Shown: positions 47,665-56,713 of the stretch, in pieces
Numbering within the stretch: position 1 is the first letter of the stretch
Layout: each line of letters opens with the position of its first letter
From: a virus
Virus record (IMG/VR): IMGVR_UViG_3300044998_001357
Location: 84,784 to 148,783 of that record
Reading direction: 5' to 3' (one strand)
Length of the DNA stretch: 64,000 nt
The notes under the pieces: model-generated
Told to the model about the DNA's origin: nothing
Seen by the model: only the letters and a program-made list of their open reading frames with translations
Database searches by the model: none
Program-made: the position numbers and the translations under genes

Positions 47665-48507
47665 TTCTTTTCTCTCGTGAGTGATTGATGCAGTCGTATA
47701 CACCTGCTCTGGGAAATGTTCCAACTTTTTTGCTGCTTGCGCAGAAAAGGGTTGCGTATCTGAGAAAATCACGGAGTTGGTGTTGGCCGGATTTCGTACC
47801 AGTCCCTTGCCTGAAAAGACAAAGTTCCGGGGCAGGCGACCAACGCGATAACCGTTGTACATCCCCGAGCCTTCATAGGCCCGGAGGTGCTTGGTCAGAA
47901 ACGCGGTTTGTGGATTACGCTTGACGACCCGTTGTGTCCCATCAGGTGCCACCAGTGCGTAGTCGAAGCTACTAAAGAGACACTCCATGGAAACAAACCA
48001 CTTTCCCTCTTCAATTTCAGAGATAATTGTGTTCATCCGCTCCTGGAGTTCTTCCTTTTCCCAGTACTTGTAAAGCACATCGCCATTACACACATGGAGG
48101 GTTGCAGGCAATTGCTCAGGCGGTGTCTCATCCGCAATGGTCGCGCCCTGCGCGTCGATAACCCAGTTACTGATGGTGTGGCCAATAATGTTGGAGCAGT
48201 CGTGTTCCAGGTTGAACGGTTTATGCTCGGGGGTTCTGCGTGCTTTCCAGACCTCGATTGGGTCAAAAACGTCGTCGTTCGCGTTCCAGCCTGTGCTCAC
48301 CAACACCGACTTCATGAAGTAGAGGTCGATATCGTTGACGGACGCCCTGGCCTGTTCGGGTGGCTGAATGGATGCAACCGCAGGCGTTCGAATGCCCGAC
48401 TCCCATCGGCTGGCAGCGGCCGCAACCAGAATTCGATTTGAGTTCTCGTTCTCGAGCAGTGGTGCCAGACCCGCTTCTCGCTCAGAATCAAAAATTTCTA
48501 GCTCCAC
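47062..48507 (-). CDS. Prohead protease-scaffold fusion
   Basis: LVSTGWNANDDVF, KPFNLEH, IIGH, VSMEC, FSGKGLVRNPA; C-terminal coiled coil; GTG 48507 after GAGGT. Confidence 0.8.
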   Translation of the reverse strand: MELEIFDSEREAGLAPLLENENSNRILVAAAASRWESGIRTPAVASIQPPEQARASVNDIDLYFMKSVLVSTGWNANDDVFDPIEVWKARRTPEHKPFNLEHDCSNIIGHTISNWVIDAQGATIADETPPEQLPATLHVCNGDVLYKYWEKEELQERMNTIISEIEEGKWFVSMECLFSSFDYALVAPDGTQRVVKRNPQTAFLTKHLRAYEGSGMYNGYRVGRLPRNFVFSGKGLVRNPANTNSVIFSDTQPFSAQAAKKLEHFPEQVYTTASITHERKEMSIEIDTLKAELEQAKSQLKEATKTIETSDAARAKAEEQLKSAQSELATAKQEITALRESLASLEKEKRTVARLALVKELLSLESAEAAELVSINETTTDEAFKKQVELMAKAMERVKLPQPSTQVQTPAPNTPASTPTPQVAKADKLDIEKDAKGVQNAKASQLDNIQPTDSVTLNVSGSDVGVNTVAVAIASYLGRGE

Positions 48508-48514
48508 ATGAACC

Positions 48515-48808
48515 TCACTTATCAAAGAATTGAGCGATATCGCGAATCACCTTACTGTTCTCCGGAGTCTCGAAAAAGCCCGGGTACTTGGAAGGTGTCG
48601 CACCGTCTGTGTTTTTGGAGGCCGAGATTCGGGTCATCTCGCGCACGTCAGAGTATTTGTCTTTTTTGGATGTGTAAATATCGATGGAGGCCTCATCACA
48701 ACAATAGCGATAAATCATCAATTCATAAACATTGGCCACTTCCTGGCCGTCGATGGACACACTCAGTTCTTTGCTAACCGTATCAAATTCAATGTTTACC
48801 TTGGACAT
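48515..48808 (-). CDS. Hypothetical protein
   Basis: 97 aa between portal and protease, RBS GGAG. Confidence 0.65.
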   Translation of the reverse strand: MSKVNIEFDTVSKELSVSIDGQEVANVYELMIYRYCCDEASIDIYTSKKDKYSDVREMTRISASKNTDGATPSKYPGFFETPENSKVIRDIAQFFDK

Positions 48809-51007
48809 TTACGATTCTCCTGTATTCGGATTGGATACATCGGCGGCGTGCCAGACAGCAAATACACCCGCCTGGTAGCCGCGCATGATTTCCAGGCTGG
48901 GATTTTTTCCATTGACACGTACATGTTCGGCGACGGTGGCGTTGAGCAGCTGGACCATCGGTGCCGGCACATTAAGCTCCGAGAGGCACAGTTCCCGGAT
49001 GGTGGTTTCGTCAAAAGTCTGATTGGGCTGTAGCTGGCAGAGCAAATGGAACTTGAGCGTCTCGTACTTGCTCGACTCCTCGTCGGTCAGGTCGCGGAGC
49101 GTTTTTTTGCCCAGGGAACGCAAATACGCCGGCGCGGTAATCTGCCCCACTTTCTCCTGGGCCTGTTCAGCCCAGCTTTGCACCTGGAAAAATGTCGTGC
49201 TGGCGCGTGGGTTGACCATCTTTTGTTTACGTTTTTGGCTATCCTTCTTGTTCTTTGGTCGACCCTGGCCGGGCTGTCCCTTGGGGGTGGCGTCCTGCTG
49301 TTGTTGCCCCTGCTTCTTCTCGTATGCCTGCTTGGTTTCGTTAAGCGATTTTTCGCCAGGTTTGCGTGGCTGCAGTTCCAGTCCGGTCTCGCTGGGCGCG
49401 ATATGCCCTTGATTCAAAAGAATCTTGGTGTACTCATGGTCTTTTTCGGCCATGTGGAACGGGCTGGCCTTGGGAGGCAGCTGACGATTTTTTCGTCTGC
49501 GCTCCTCACGACGAATGCGTACACGTTCGATTTCCGGAGATGCGCCCAGACGCTCCTGGAGGGTTTCCATGGAAATCAAATCTCGGTCAGCCAGATTAAT
49601 CAGCAACTGTTTCTCGGCAGCCTCGTCGGTCAATTGCATCCGGTCAAAGACCAGGGTGCCCGGGAATCGAAAGCCCATGGCCTTTTGGACCAGGCGAATC
49701 TCCTCGGTCCAGAATTCCGTGAGGATATCTCGCCCGTACTGCAATCGTTCGACCAGTGTTTTCAGGCTCACTGAGTTGTTGGTAAAGCCGCTGCTCTGAC
49801 CCGGCGTCCCCGTGAGGGTGGGTGGAATACCCAGACCGGCATAAATGGCTGTCAGCACCGGCTGGTATTTGGTGTCACCCAGGAAGTGATGGACATCGGT
49901 TTTGGTTTCCAGCAGTTCGAGTTCCGGACCCCAAATCAGGTCCATAACACCGCCACCCACGTTGTTGCAAAGCATCTCGGCCAGCCGCTGAATGGCGACC
50001 TGGGTGGGCATGATACGGTGTTCCAGACTTCCCAGCTTCCAAACGCGGATACAGGAAATCGCACCATCCAGAGCGGCCAGGTCGGCTAGCTTCATTTTCT
50101 GAAGCACCTGGATATCCGCCAGAACGGCATAAGTAATGGGCTGAGCCCAGACATCCCAGTCGTCGCGCTTGTAGAAGTACCCACGGACCTTTTCGGGGTC
50201 GAGCGTCAGAAACTGCTCCCCCTTTAGAATCAGATTGCGGATTTTTTCAGGGATTTTGGCAACCAGGCTCTTTTCCAGGTCACCCTTTGGGTTCTTGATT
50301 TTCTTGGCCAGATTTTGAGGAACCTTAATACCGTAAACAAAATTGTCCTGCCCCAGAAACAAGGAAAGTTCATTGGACAGCACCTCGGTACTGAGGGGGT
50401 TATGAAAGGTGTATCGCCAGGGAATCTCTCTGGTGGATACATTGGGGCCTGGCTCAATTTTGATATCCGGAGAAGCCTTGGCCCGGCGCATCTGCTTGTC
50501 CAGACGTATCGGGAGCTTGGCGGTGTGTCTCTGCACAATGACGTTAGCGGTCCGGAACAAAAGATTCATAAACCGTTCGCTTCGGTCCTTGCCACGGACC
50601 CGACGAAACCAATCCTTGTACCAGCGCTCAATGCGTTCGTTGGGGTGATTGATATCAATCCCCTGGGTCGCAAAATCGCCCATTAGGTCGATGATGTTGC
50701 GAATAATCCCCACCTGAGAATAGGCCTGCATGCAGGCCTTGATGATTTCTTTTGGTTTGGTGGGCAGAGCATCGCCTCGCCGGAAATCATCGAAATCATC
50801 TCGATTAAACGAATCCCGAACAGAGACACTATTTGGTGCGATGTTTAGCCACAGTTTGGAACCGTGACTGCGAACCACCGGCTCAACTTTTCGAAGTGCC
50901 TGACCGGCTTCGTACACGGCCAGAGCCTGGGCTTGGTTATCCCCATTTTCCCAGGTGGTAAACATTTTGCCGCTGGGGGCTTGAACGGGTTTTGCTTGTT
51001 TGCTCAA
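48809..51007 (-). CDS. Portal protein
   Basis: Directly downstream of TerL; IIRNIIDLMGDF, IYAGLGIPPTLTG, LISMETL, GRPK portal-like motifs. Confidence 0.85.
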   Translation of the reverse strand: MSKQAKPVQAPSGKMFTTWENGDNQAQALAVYEAGQALRKVEPVVRSHGSKLWLNIAPNSVSVRDSFNRDDFDDFRRGDALPTKPKEIIKACMQAYSQVGIIRNIIDLMGDFATQGIDINHPNERIERWYKDWFRRVRGKDRSERFMNLLFRTANVIVQRHTAKLPIRLDKQMRRAKASPDIKIEPGPNVSTREIPWRYTFHNPLSTEVLSNELSLFLGQDNFVYGIKVPQNLAKKIKNPKGDLEKSLVAKIPEKIRNLILKGEQFLTLDPEKVRGYFYKRDDWDVWAQPITYAVLADIQVLQKMKLADLAALDGAISCIRVWKLGSLEHRIMPTQVAIQRLAEMLCNNVGGGVMDLIWGPELELLETKTDVHHFLGDTKYQPVLTAIYAGLGIPPTLTGTPGQSSGFTNNSVSLKTLVERLQYGRDILTEFWTEEIRLVQKAMGFRFPGTLVFDRMQLTDEAAEKQLLINLADRDLISMETLQERLGASPEIERVRIRREERRRKNRQLPPKASPFHMAEKDHEYTKILLNQGHIAPSETGLELQPRKPGEKSLNETKQAYEKKQGQQQQDATPKGQPGQGRPKNKKDSQKRKQKMVNPRASTTFFQVQSWAEQAQEKVGQITAPAYLRSLGKKTLRDLTDEESSKYETLKFHLLCQLQPNQTFDETTIRELCLSELNVPAPMVQLLNATVAEHVRVNGKNPSLEIMRGYQAGVFAVWHAADVSNPNTGES

Positions 51008-51054
51008 GGGTCTCCTCCATGGAATCGCAATGGCAAAGCAATTCCATTGGGGGA

Positions 51055-51060
51055 TACACC
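51055..51060 (-). promoter_or_regulatory. Candidate late promoter GGTGTA
   Basis: GGTGTATCCC in the short TerL-portal gap. Confidence 0.5.
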
Positions 51061-51061
51061 A

Positions 51062-54000
51062 CTAATCTCGTCTCACGACAGCACCGTAGGGCTTGTCCTT
51101 GCCCCAGTGTTGTTTCCAGTTTTCGGCCCACCAGCCGCCCTGTCCATCGCGGGCAATCCATAGGTCACCCTGGGTATTTCTTGGTCCTATGGAATGGGCA
51201 AAACCACCCTGCGGGTCGTATTCCGGCACAGACTGCTGTCGCTGGAGCGTGCGGCCGACCATGTTGGCCATCAACAGTGCTGAATAGCGGTCCTTGCGCA
51301 AACGACCCTTCTTGCTGCCCACCGATTTCACCGAGGGTGTATCCCAGCGGTCACGCATGGAAGTGCCGGTCTGGGTGTGGATGATGGAGGCCAGTTCATC
51401 CTTGAGTTCCTCGATTTCCATGACGCAGTCTTCCAAGGTGTCGTAGAGTCGTCGAACGGAGGAGTCCTCAGGGTCGACCTGGACGCGCCCCAGGGCTTTG
51501 TCTTCCTCAAAGGCCAGCGCGACAATGGCCGGGTCAAAGGCAGGGAAGAGCAGGGCGCGGTCTTCGAAATCCTTTCGCATTCCGTGATTGGCGTCCCGCA
51601 CCCAGTCGGCATTGGCAAACGGGGCTGTCTCGATGATGTGCTCGCCCGAAAGCACATCAGTGGGACTGGGCTTTTTTTCGTCGATAATGGGCAAAATACG
51701 CACCTCACCGGGCTGTAGCCGGTTGGTGTCCTGGAGGGCCTCGATGATAGACACGCCACCACCTTGCATGTCCATGCAGATTCTCTGGCAGGGAAAGACG
51801 GCCAGTAGTTCGCGAATTTTCCGGGCGCAAAAACCGTAAAAGTCCTGGTCGGAAGCGAGACCCTTTTCCAGTCGCGACTTAAAGCGGGAGCGGGTGGTGG
51901 TCCAGCAGTAGACGATGCGGCGGTGTTCCGGCCAGCACTCCAGCACCACAATGCTGAAGTTATCCAGTTCGCTGGCCGGGTCGACCCCCATCACATAGTG
52001 ACGATTGGGCACCCCCTTGAGTACGGCATTGAAATGTACCGGTCCCGAGGAGGGATGCTCAATTACCCGTTCGCGGCGACCCACGACACAGGCCTCGATA
52101 AGGCTCCGCTTGAAGAAGCCGTTGGAATCCGTGGCGAAGACTGCCCCATATTCCATTTGGTAGGTGCCGATGTGGACCGTGGCCTTGGCCTGGGCAATCT
52201 GCTTAGGGTTCATGAATCCAGGCGGAAGGGCTTCAACCGGAATACGGATGATGCAATAGTCCTTCCAGTTTAGGTTCTTGTCGACCTTATCTGGGCCGCC
52301 AAACGCCTCGGCGAGCTTTCTCAGGTCTCCCTTGGATTCGATAATCGCCTTGTATCGTTTCCAGTAGTCGTAGAAATGGTTGAAGCTGTAGTAAGCGGTG
52401 CCGCTGATAATGGTCTGGTTGGTGACCGTCATCGACTCCTGGAGCGCCTGGTGGGCATCGGTCCACAGGCCCAGTTCCCGGATGGCCGACTTGCGTGCTT
52501 CTTGGATGGCCTCATCGACCGGGTTCATGTTCACGGCGGCAAAGCCGCGAACCACGGTCTCGAAGATGTCCTTCGGAATAGAGTTATGTTGAATAAAACA
52601 GTTGCCAATAAAACGATGTGTACCCGGGACGTGGTAGTCGTACAGGACGCGTTGGCCGGGAAGCGCCTCAACGAGACGGACACGCTCGCAGGAAGGTTTC
52701 TGCCCCTCTGCACCAGAAACGCCCGAATCAAGTAATCGAAACAGTTGCCCAAAGGAGCAGGAGTCAAATCTCAAGCACCAACACCCCTTAACCTCGCCGG
52801 CCGAACGGTGACAGACGATTCCGAACTTATGCAGCAGCACCTGCAACTCCCTGACGAGTTGCTCCGAGGGTGACTCGTACCGGCAGCTGCTAACGCCAAT
52901 GGTTCGGCTCAGGGCCTTGCCCTTATCAAACAATCCCGAAAGGAACGAGACAACAACCTCTCGTGGCGAGCGCAGGATGAACCAGGGGATTTTGCCGGGC
53001 TGCGCCGAGAGCTCCCTGCCGGTCGCCCTGGCAAAAGCCTCATCGACCACGCTGCCGTCGACGCTCGCCATTGTCTCAGGGAAGCGTCCGCTTGATTGGT
53101 GAACCAGATAATCCTCGGCGGAGAGTTCGTGGCCCAGTTTCCATCCCTTGGTCGTCAGAACCTTGTGGATGGAGGAACACACGAACTCGTAGCCGTTGGT
53201 CGTCGTCACCCGGTAGGCTTCGGTGGGGGGAGTCTCCACAAACAGGTCGGGAACGATAGGCTTGGAGTCGTCGGGTTGCAAGAGCGCATAACCGCCCGAG
53301 TCTGCTTCGTGGTCTCCAATGCGGACGAGGCCGCAGTCCGTTTCAATGAGCGTGTCCCTGTCTAGACAAGCAAATTCATCAGAGATGATGATGTTTGCTC
53401 TTTGTCCGCGAATCTTACTATTGTGGCTGATTATTCCAAATGCACAATATTCATGTATGTCTGGCACATGAATATCGTATGTTGCACATGAAGAGTCAAC
53501 TATTTCTTCAATTGTATCGTAGTAGATATCGGGATTGGCAAGCTCACGGAGCTTGGGCAGGAAGGCGTCTTGGACATGCGCGTACTTATCAACGAATTCC
53601 CGCGTGATACACGTCTCCTGCTTGGCGGAAAGCGCCTCTTTTAGTTGGTGCGACTTATGCGAAAGGCGAAAACCGATATGCTCGGCGAACCTGCGAACAT
53701 CCTGCCCGTAGATGAGCAACTCATATTTCTCGTTGTGTTCCCTTATGCGCAATCGGGAAATGATTCCGAAGTGAAGCAGGATGAACTGGAGTTGCCTCAC
53801 GAGCCGCTCGCTCGAGTTCGTGAAGCCGACAGTGACACCGCTTTTGGCTTTGCCGACCTGGATGTAGCCATTGGTGTCGTAGAGCCCCCGAATACAAGCC
53901 GACATCGCGTCGCGACCGGCGCGAAGTATCGCCGGCGGCAAGACCTTATCTTTCGTCGTCGAGTGCTCGGATTTGTCGTAGGCGTTGAAATGGGGGTGGT

Positions 54001-56140
54001 CGGAAATATTCGTCCCTCGATATAGCCATTCCTGGTCCATCGTGGCGCAGCCCAGCTTATATGGGTTGGTCCAGCAGCCGTCCCCAATCATGAGACCAAG
54101 GGTGTACGCCTCGTCTGTGGTTACCGGCTCCTGGCCCTTGTGCCACCGCCAAGAACGGTCGATGGGTAAGCGGTCGCCAGGACGGACTTGGTCGAGCCGT
54201 TTCCAGACAAACTCCAGACCTTCAAGCACTCGTATCTTGTGGTTGTGCGTTCCTTCCAGGCGAAGGCCTAGGGCCGTGGTTAGTACTTTGGTGTCCTTTA
54301 CGCCGTTGAAGTAGGACTCGTCAGAACGGACGAACTCCTTGCGTTCCGAAGACCAGACACGACGCTCGCGCGCGACCACAGGCTCCGCCACGCCGCCGCT
54401 GTCTTCGCCAATGGTTCCAAATCCGTCCTCATAGGTCACCATCGTATCGGCCGACAGGCAGCCATCTCCAAGGGGTAGGGCCACCAAGAGCGATTCGCCC
54501 AGACGAAGCGTGCAGCGGTCGATATCGCGTCGGGGGCCATTCTTTTTGTTATCACCAACGATATCGCGCAGGATGGGTGATTTTTCCCAGAAGTCGGCAC
54601 AGTAATCAAAAACCACTTTGGCCTGTCGAAAGGCCGCGCCGACAATCACTATCTTGCTACCCTGGTGAAAAAGACCGCGCAGCATGGCGTACAGGGCAAC
54701 GATGAAGCTATTGTGGGAGACGAAACCATTGCTGATAAAGGAGTTACCCTCCGGAACATGAACATCGTAGGTGACGCACCGCCCGGTCGATACCTTGGAA
54801 ATAGTGTCGAAATACCATCCTCGCGAGACCCATTCCCGCAGACGGCGATGAGCATCAGTATTGTAGTATTCCGACATATGAGCGAGAAACCCGTTAAGCC
54901 ACTCGTAAGTGCAGCAATAGTTTCGCGAAAACTTTGTAGTTCCACTTTGTCGTCTAACGCCGGTGCGCATCTGCATCAGCGAAATAACATCTTTTTCGAT
55001 AATAGAATAAGGTACGAAATCCTGGTCGGTGTTGTGCTTAAGCCCCGGCAGTTGCTTTCGCGTGAGACCAAAACCAATCTTGTCGCGAAACGCTACCAGG
55101 TCGTTGCTACGAATCTCCAGAACCCAATCGTTTTTTTGGTGGGGCTTGCTACGTTTGGCAATGATTCCGAAGCGAGTTAACAAGAACTGCACGGTCCTGA
55201 TGAGCTTTTCCGACTTCGCGGAGAGATGAACCGAGGATTCATCAACACCGCCATTGGTGTCGTAAAGACCCCGCAAAAACGCGGCGCACGCCTCCTTAGA
55301 ACCGGTAAGGATAGAGCGGGGAACATCTTTCTCTTCACAGACACTGGAAGGAAAACCGTATTCGGCAAGTGTTTCCTTGCTCGAATGGGTGTAGGCGTAC
55401 TTGGCCTTGCCCCAGTATTTTGCGACGACCTCGGCCAGTTCAGAGTCTGCTGTGGTAAGAGTGAAACCATCATCTCCTGCGATTAGACCAAGCAGATAGG
55501 CCAGGTCTTCAGGCAGACTTTTTTCCGGGGTGTGCCAGGACTCTCGTCTTTCAACAAGGATACTATCCCCGACCCGAACATCTGCGAGATTTCTCCAGAC
55601 AACTTTACCATCAGCCACAACCCGAACAGGATGATTGAGTGTTCCCTCAAGCTCAAAGCCCATTTTGCTCTCAATCCGAACCGTCTCCGACATCCCGTTG
55701 TTCCAGGAGTAGGCCACGTCCCGGAAGCCGTTTTCACCGTCGATGGTCAGCCCAGGCTTAAAAACGGGCTCCTGAATAGCTTCTGTTTGAGCAAGTTCAT
55801 CTATCCTGCAAATTCCCTGATTGGTGTGGACCAGAGTGTCTCCACGAACGCATTTTCCCAAACCTCGGCTTCCAATAAGCATTGGAAACGGACGTTTCCA
55901 GAGCTCCTGGAGAATGGCCAGCTGAAAAGGGTGGAGCCGGATTCCGAAGAGATGCTTCACAGTGAAATAAAAGTATTCAGGCTGCCGCATCAAATCGAGA
56001 CAATGCACCAGCGGCTGCTCGACCGCCTCGGGGGTCTGAGCCTCCAAAGGATTGATGGTCTGGATTTTGGTGGTATCACCCAAACCCATCCAGGCATTCT
56101 CGATATATTGTCTCTGCCACTCAATCGGCTTGTTTGACAT
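51062..56140 (-). CDS. terL: Terminase large subunit containing three inteins (~702 aa after splicing)
   Basis: Reconstructed exteins: Walker A GSRGLGK|S, LPLGDG|SKIRGQRANIIISDEFA|S (Walker B), ISGTA, nuclease MGVDPA, RKDRYSAL. Confidence 0.92.
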   Translation of the reverse strand: MSNKPIEWQRQYIENAWMGLGDTTKIQTINPLEAQTPEAVEQPLVHCLDLMRQPEYFYFTVKHLFGIRLHPFQLAILQELWKRPFPMLIGSRGLGKCVRGDTLVHTNQGICRIDELAQTEAIQEPVFKPGLTIDGENGFRDVAYSWNNGMSETVRIESKMGFELEGTLNHPVRVVADGKVVWRNLADVRVGDSILVERRESWHTPEKSLPEDLAYLLGLIAGDDGFTLTTADSELAEVVAKYWGKAKYAYTHSSKETLAEYGFPSSVCEEKDVPRSILTGSKEACAAFLRGLYDTNGGVDESSVHLSAKSEKLIRTVQFLLTRFGIIAKRSKPHQKNDWVLEIRSNDLVAFRDKIGFGLTRKQLPGLKHNTDQDFVPYSIIEKDVISLMQMRTGVRRQSGTTKFSRNYCCTYEWLNGFLAHMSEYYNTDAHRRLREWVSRGWYFDTISKVSTGRCVTYDVHVPEGNSFISNGFVSHNSFIVALYAMLRGLFHQGSKIVIVGAAFRQAKVVFDYCADFWEKSPILRDIVGDNKKNGPRRDIDRCTLRLGESLLVALPLGDGCLSADTMVTYEDGFGTIGEDSGGVAEPVVARERRVWSSERKEFVRSDESYFNGVKDTKVLTTALGLRLEGTHNHKIRVLEGLEFVWKRLDQVRPGDRLPIDRSWRWHKGQEPVTTDEAYTLGLMIGDGCWTNPYKLGCATMDQEWLYRGTNISDHPHFNAYDKSEHSTTKDKVLPPAILRAGRDAMSACIRGLYDTNGYIQVGKAKSGVTVGFTNSSERLVRQLQFILLHFGIISRLRIREHNEKYELLIYGQDVRRFAEHIGFRLSHKSHQLKEALSAKQETCITREFVDKYAHVQDAFLPKLRELANPDIYYDTIEEIVDSSCATYDIHVPDIHEYCAFGIISHNSKIRGQRANIIISDEFACLDRDTLIETDCGLVRIGDHEADSGGYALLQPDDSKPIVPDLFVETPPTEAYRVTTTNGYEFVCSSIHKVLTTKGWKLGHELSAEDYLVHQSSGRFPETMASVDGSVVDEAFARATGRELSAQPGKIPWFILRSPREVVVSFLSGLFDKGKALSRTIGVSSCRYESPSEQLVRELQVLLHKFGIVCHRSAGEVKGCWCLRFDSCSFGQLFRLLDSGVSGAEGQKPSCERVRLVEALPGQRVLYDYHVPGTHRFIGNCFIQHNSIPKDIFETVVRGFAAVNMNPVDEAIQEARKSAIRELGLWTDAHQALQESMTVTNQTIISGTAYYSFNHFYDYWKRYKAIIESKGDLRKLAEAFGGPDKVDKNLNWKDYCIIRIPVEALPPGFMNPKQIAQAKATVHIGTYQMEYGAVFATDSNGFFKRSLIEACVVGRRERVIEHPSSGPVHFNAVLKGVPNRHYVMGVDPASELDNFSIVVLECWPEHRRIVYCWTTTRSRFKSRLEKGLASDQDFYGFCARKIRELLAVFPCQRICMDMQGGGVSIIEALQDTNRLQPGEVRILPIIDEKKPSPTDVLSGEHIIETAPFANADWVRDANHGMRKDFEDRALLFPAFDPAIVALAFEEDKALGRVQVDPEDSSVRRLYDTLEDCVMEIEELKDELASIIHTQTGTSMRDRWDTPSVKSVGSKKGRLRKDRYSALLMANMVGRTLQRQQSVPEYDPQGGFAHSIGPRNTQGDLWIARDGQGGWWAENWKQHWGKDKPYGAVVRRD
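52583..53368 (-). mobile_element. Intein 3 (262 aa, decayed endonuclease) just after TerL Walker B
   Basis: CLDRDT...CSSIHKV...YDYHV...IQHN|S; only FLSGLFDK remains. Confidence 0.9.
53420..54460 (-). mobile_element. Intein 2 (347 aa, LAGLIDADG-type) in TerL
   Basis: CLSADT...GTHNHKI...YDIHV...ISHN|S; LGLMIGDG and IRGLYDTNG. Confidence 0.92.
54710..55852 (-). mobile_element. Intein 1 (381 aa, LAGLIDADG-type) in TerL Walker A
   Basis: CVRGDT...GTLNHPV...YDVHV...VSHN|S; LLGLIAGDDG and FLRGLYDTNG. Confidence 0.92.
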
Positions 56141-56588
56141 TTTCGATAACTCGCTTAAACAGAGAAGAAGCAAACTCTCGCCCCATTTGCCCCGCGAAAA
56201 TAAAGCGAGTTCGATAACGAATTTGAAACTCGTTTAATCTCTTGAGAAGAAACTGTGGCGAGATTCGCAGTGTGGACCAGCGAGAACGAGGAATTCCTGA
56301 GTTGTGGGGGAAATTTATAACGTCTTCAAGTGTAAATTCACACACAAGAAAAGGGTAAGCAAAAGATTCGAGACGCTGGAGTTCTCTCTCAAACCGGGAC
56401 TGAACGATGTTTTGAGAGATTTCACCCGTGCTCATTTTGCGTTCAATAACAAACACATTTTCATAGCCATCAAGCGTGTAGTCGCCCGTCTTGAGGGTGG
56501 CATCAACGGTCCCCAGACATAAGTCCTTCGCGGGAAAGTCCCAGCCTTGCTGCTCCCGGGTGTCGCGAAGAACCTTATATTTTTCCAT
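56121..56588 (-). CDS. ERCC4/XPF-family nuclease
   Basis: DTREQ, LKTGDY, IERK, RFERELQRL. Confidence 0.88.
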   Translation of the reverse strand: MEKYKVLRDTREQQGWDFPAKDLCLGTVDATLKTGDYTLDGYENVFVIERKMSTGEISQNIVQSRFERELQRLESFAYPFLVCEFTLEDVINFPHNSGIPRSRWSTLRISPQFLLKRLNEFQIRYRTRFIFAGQMGREFASSLFKRVIENVKQAD

Positions 56589-56713
56589 ATCTTTGTATCA
56601 GTATTCTCATCAAGACGTTCGAATGGGAGCGACGGATATGGTGGGCGCTTTAGTTGACAACCAGGCATTCGACAGCGACGGCGGTCTCGCTGCGGGTCTT
56701 GGTAATTTCTCAT
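56589..56713 (-). pseudogene. Probable HNH endonuclease remnant
   Basis: ATG overlaps the gmd stop; MRNYQDPQ-RDRRRCRMPGC-...YPSLPFE keeps the RDxxxCxxxxC start but has no HH/N/CxxCH. Confidence 0.5.
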
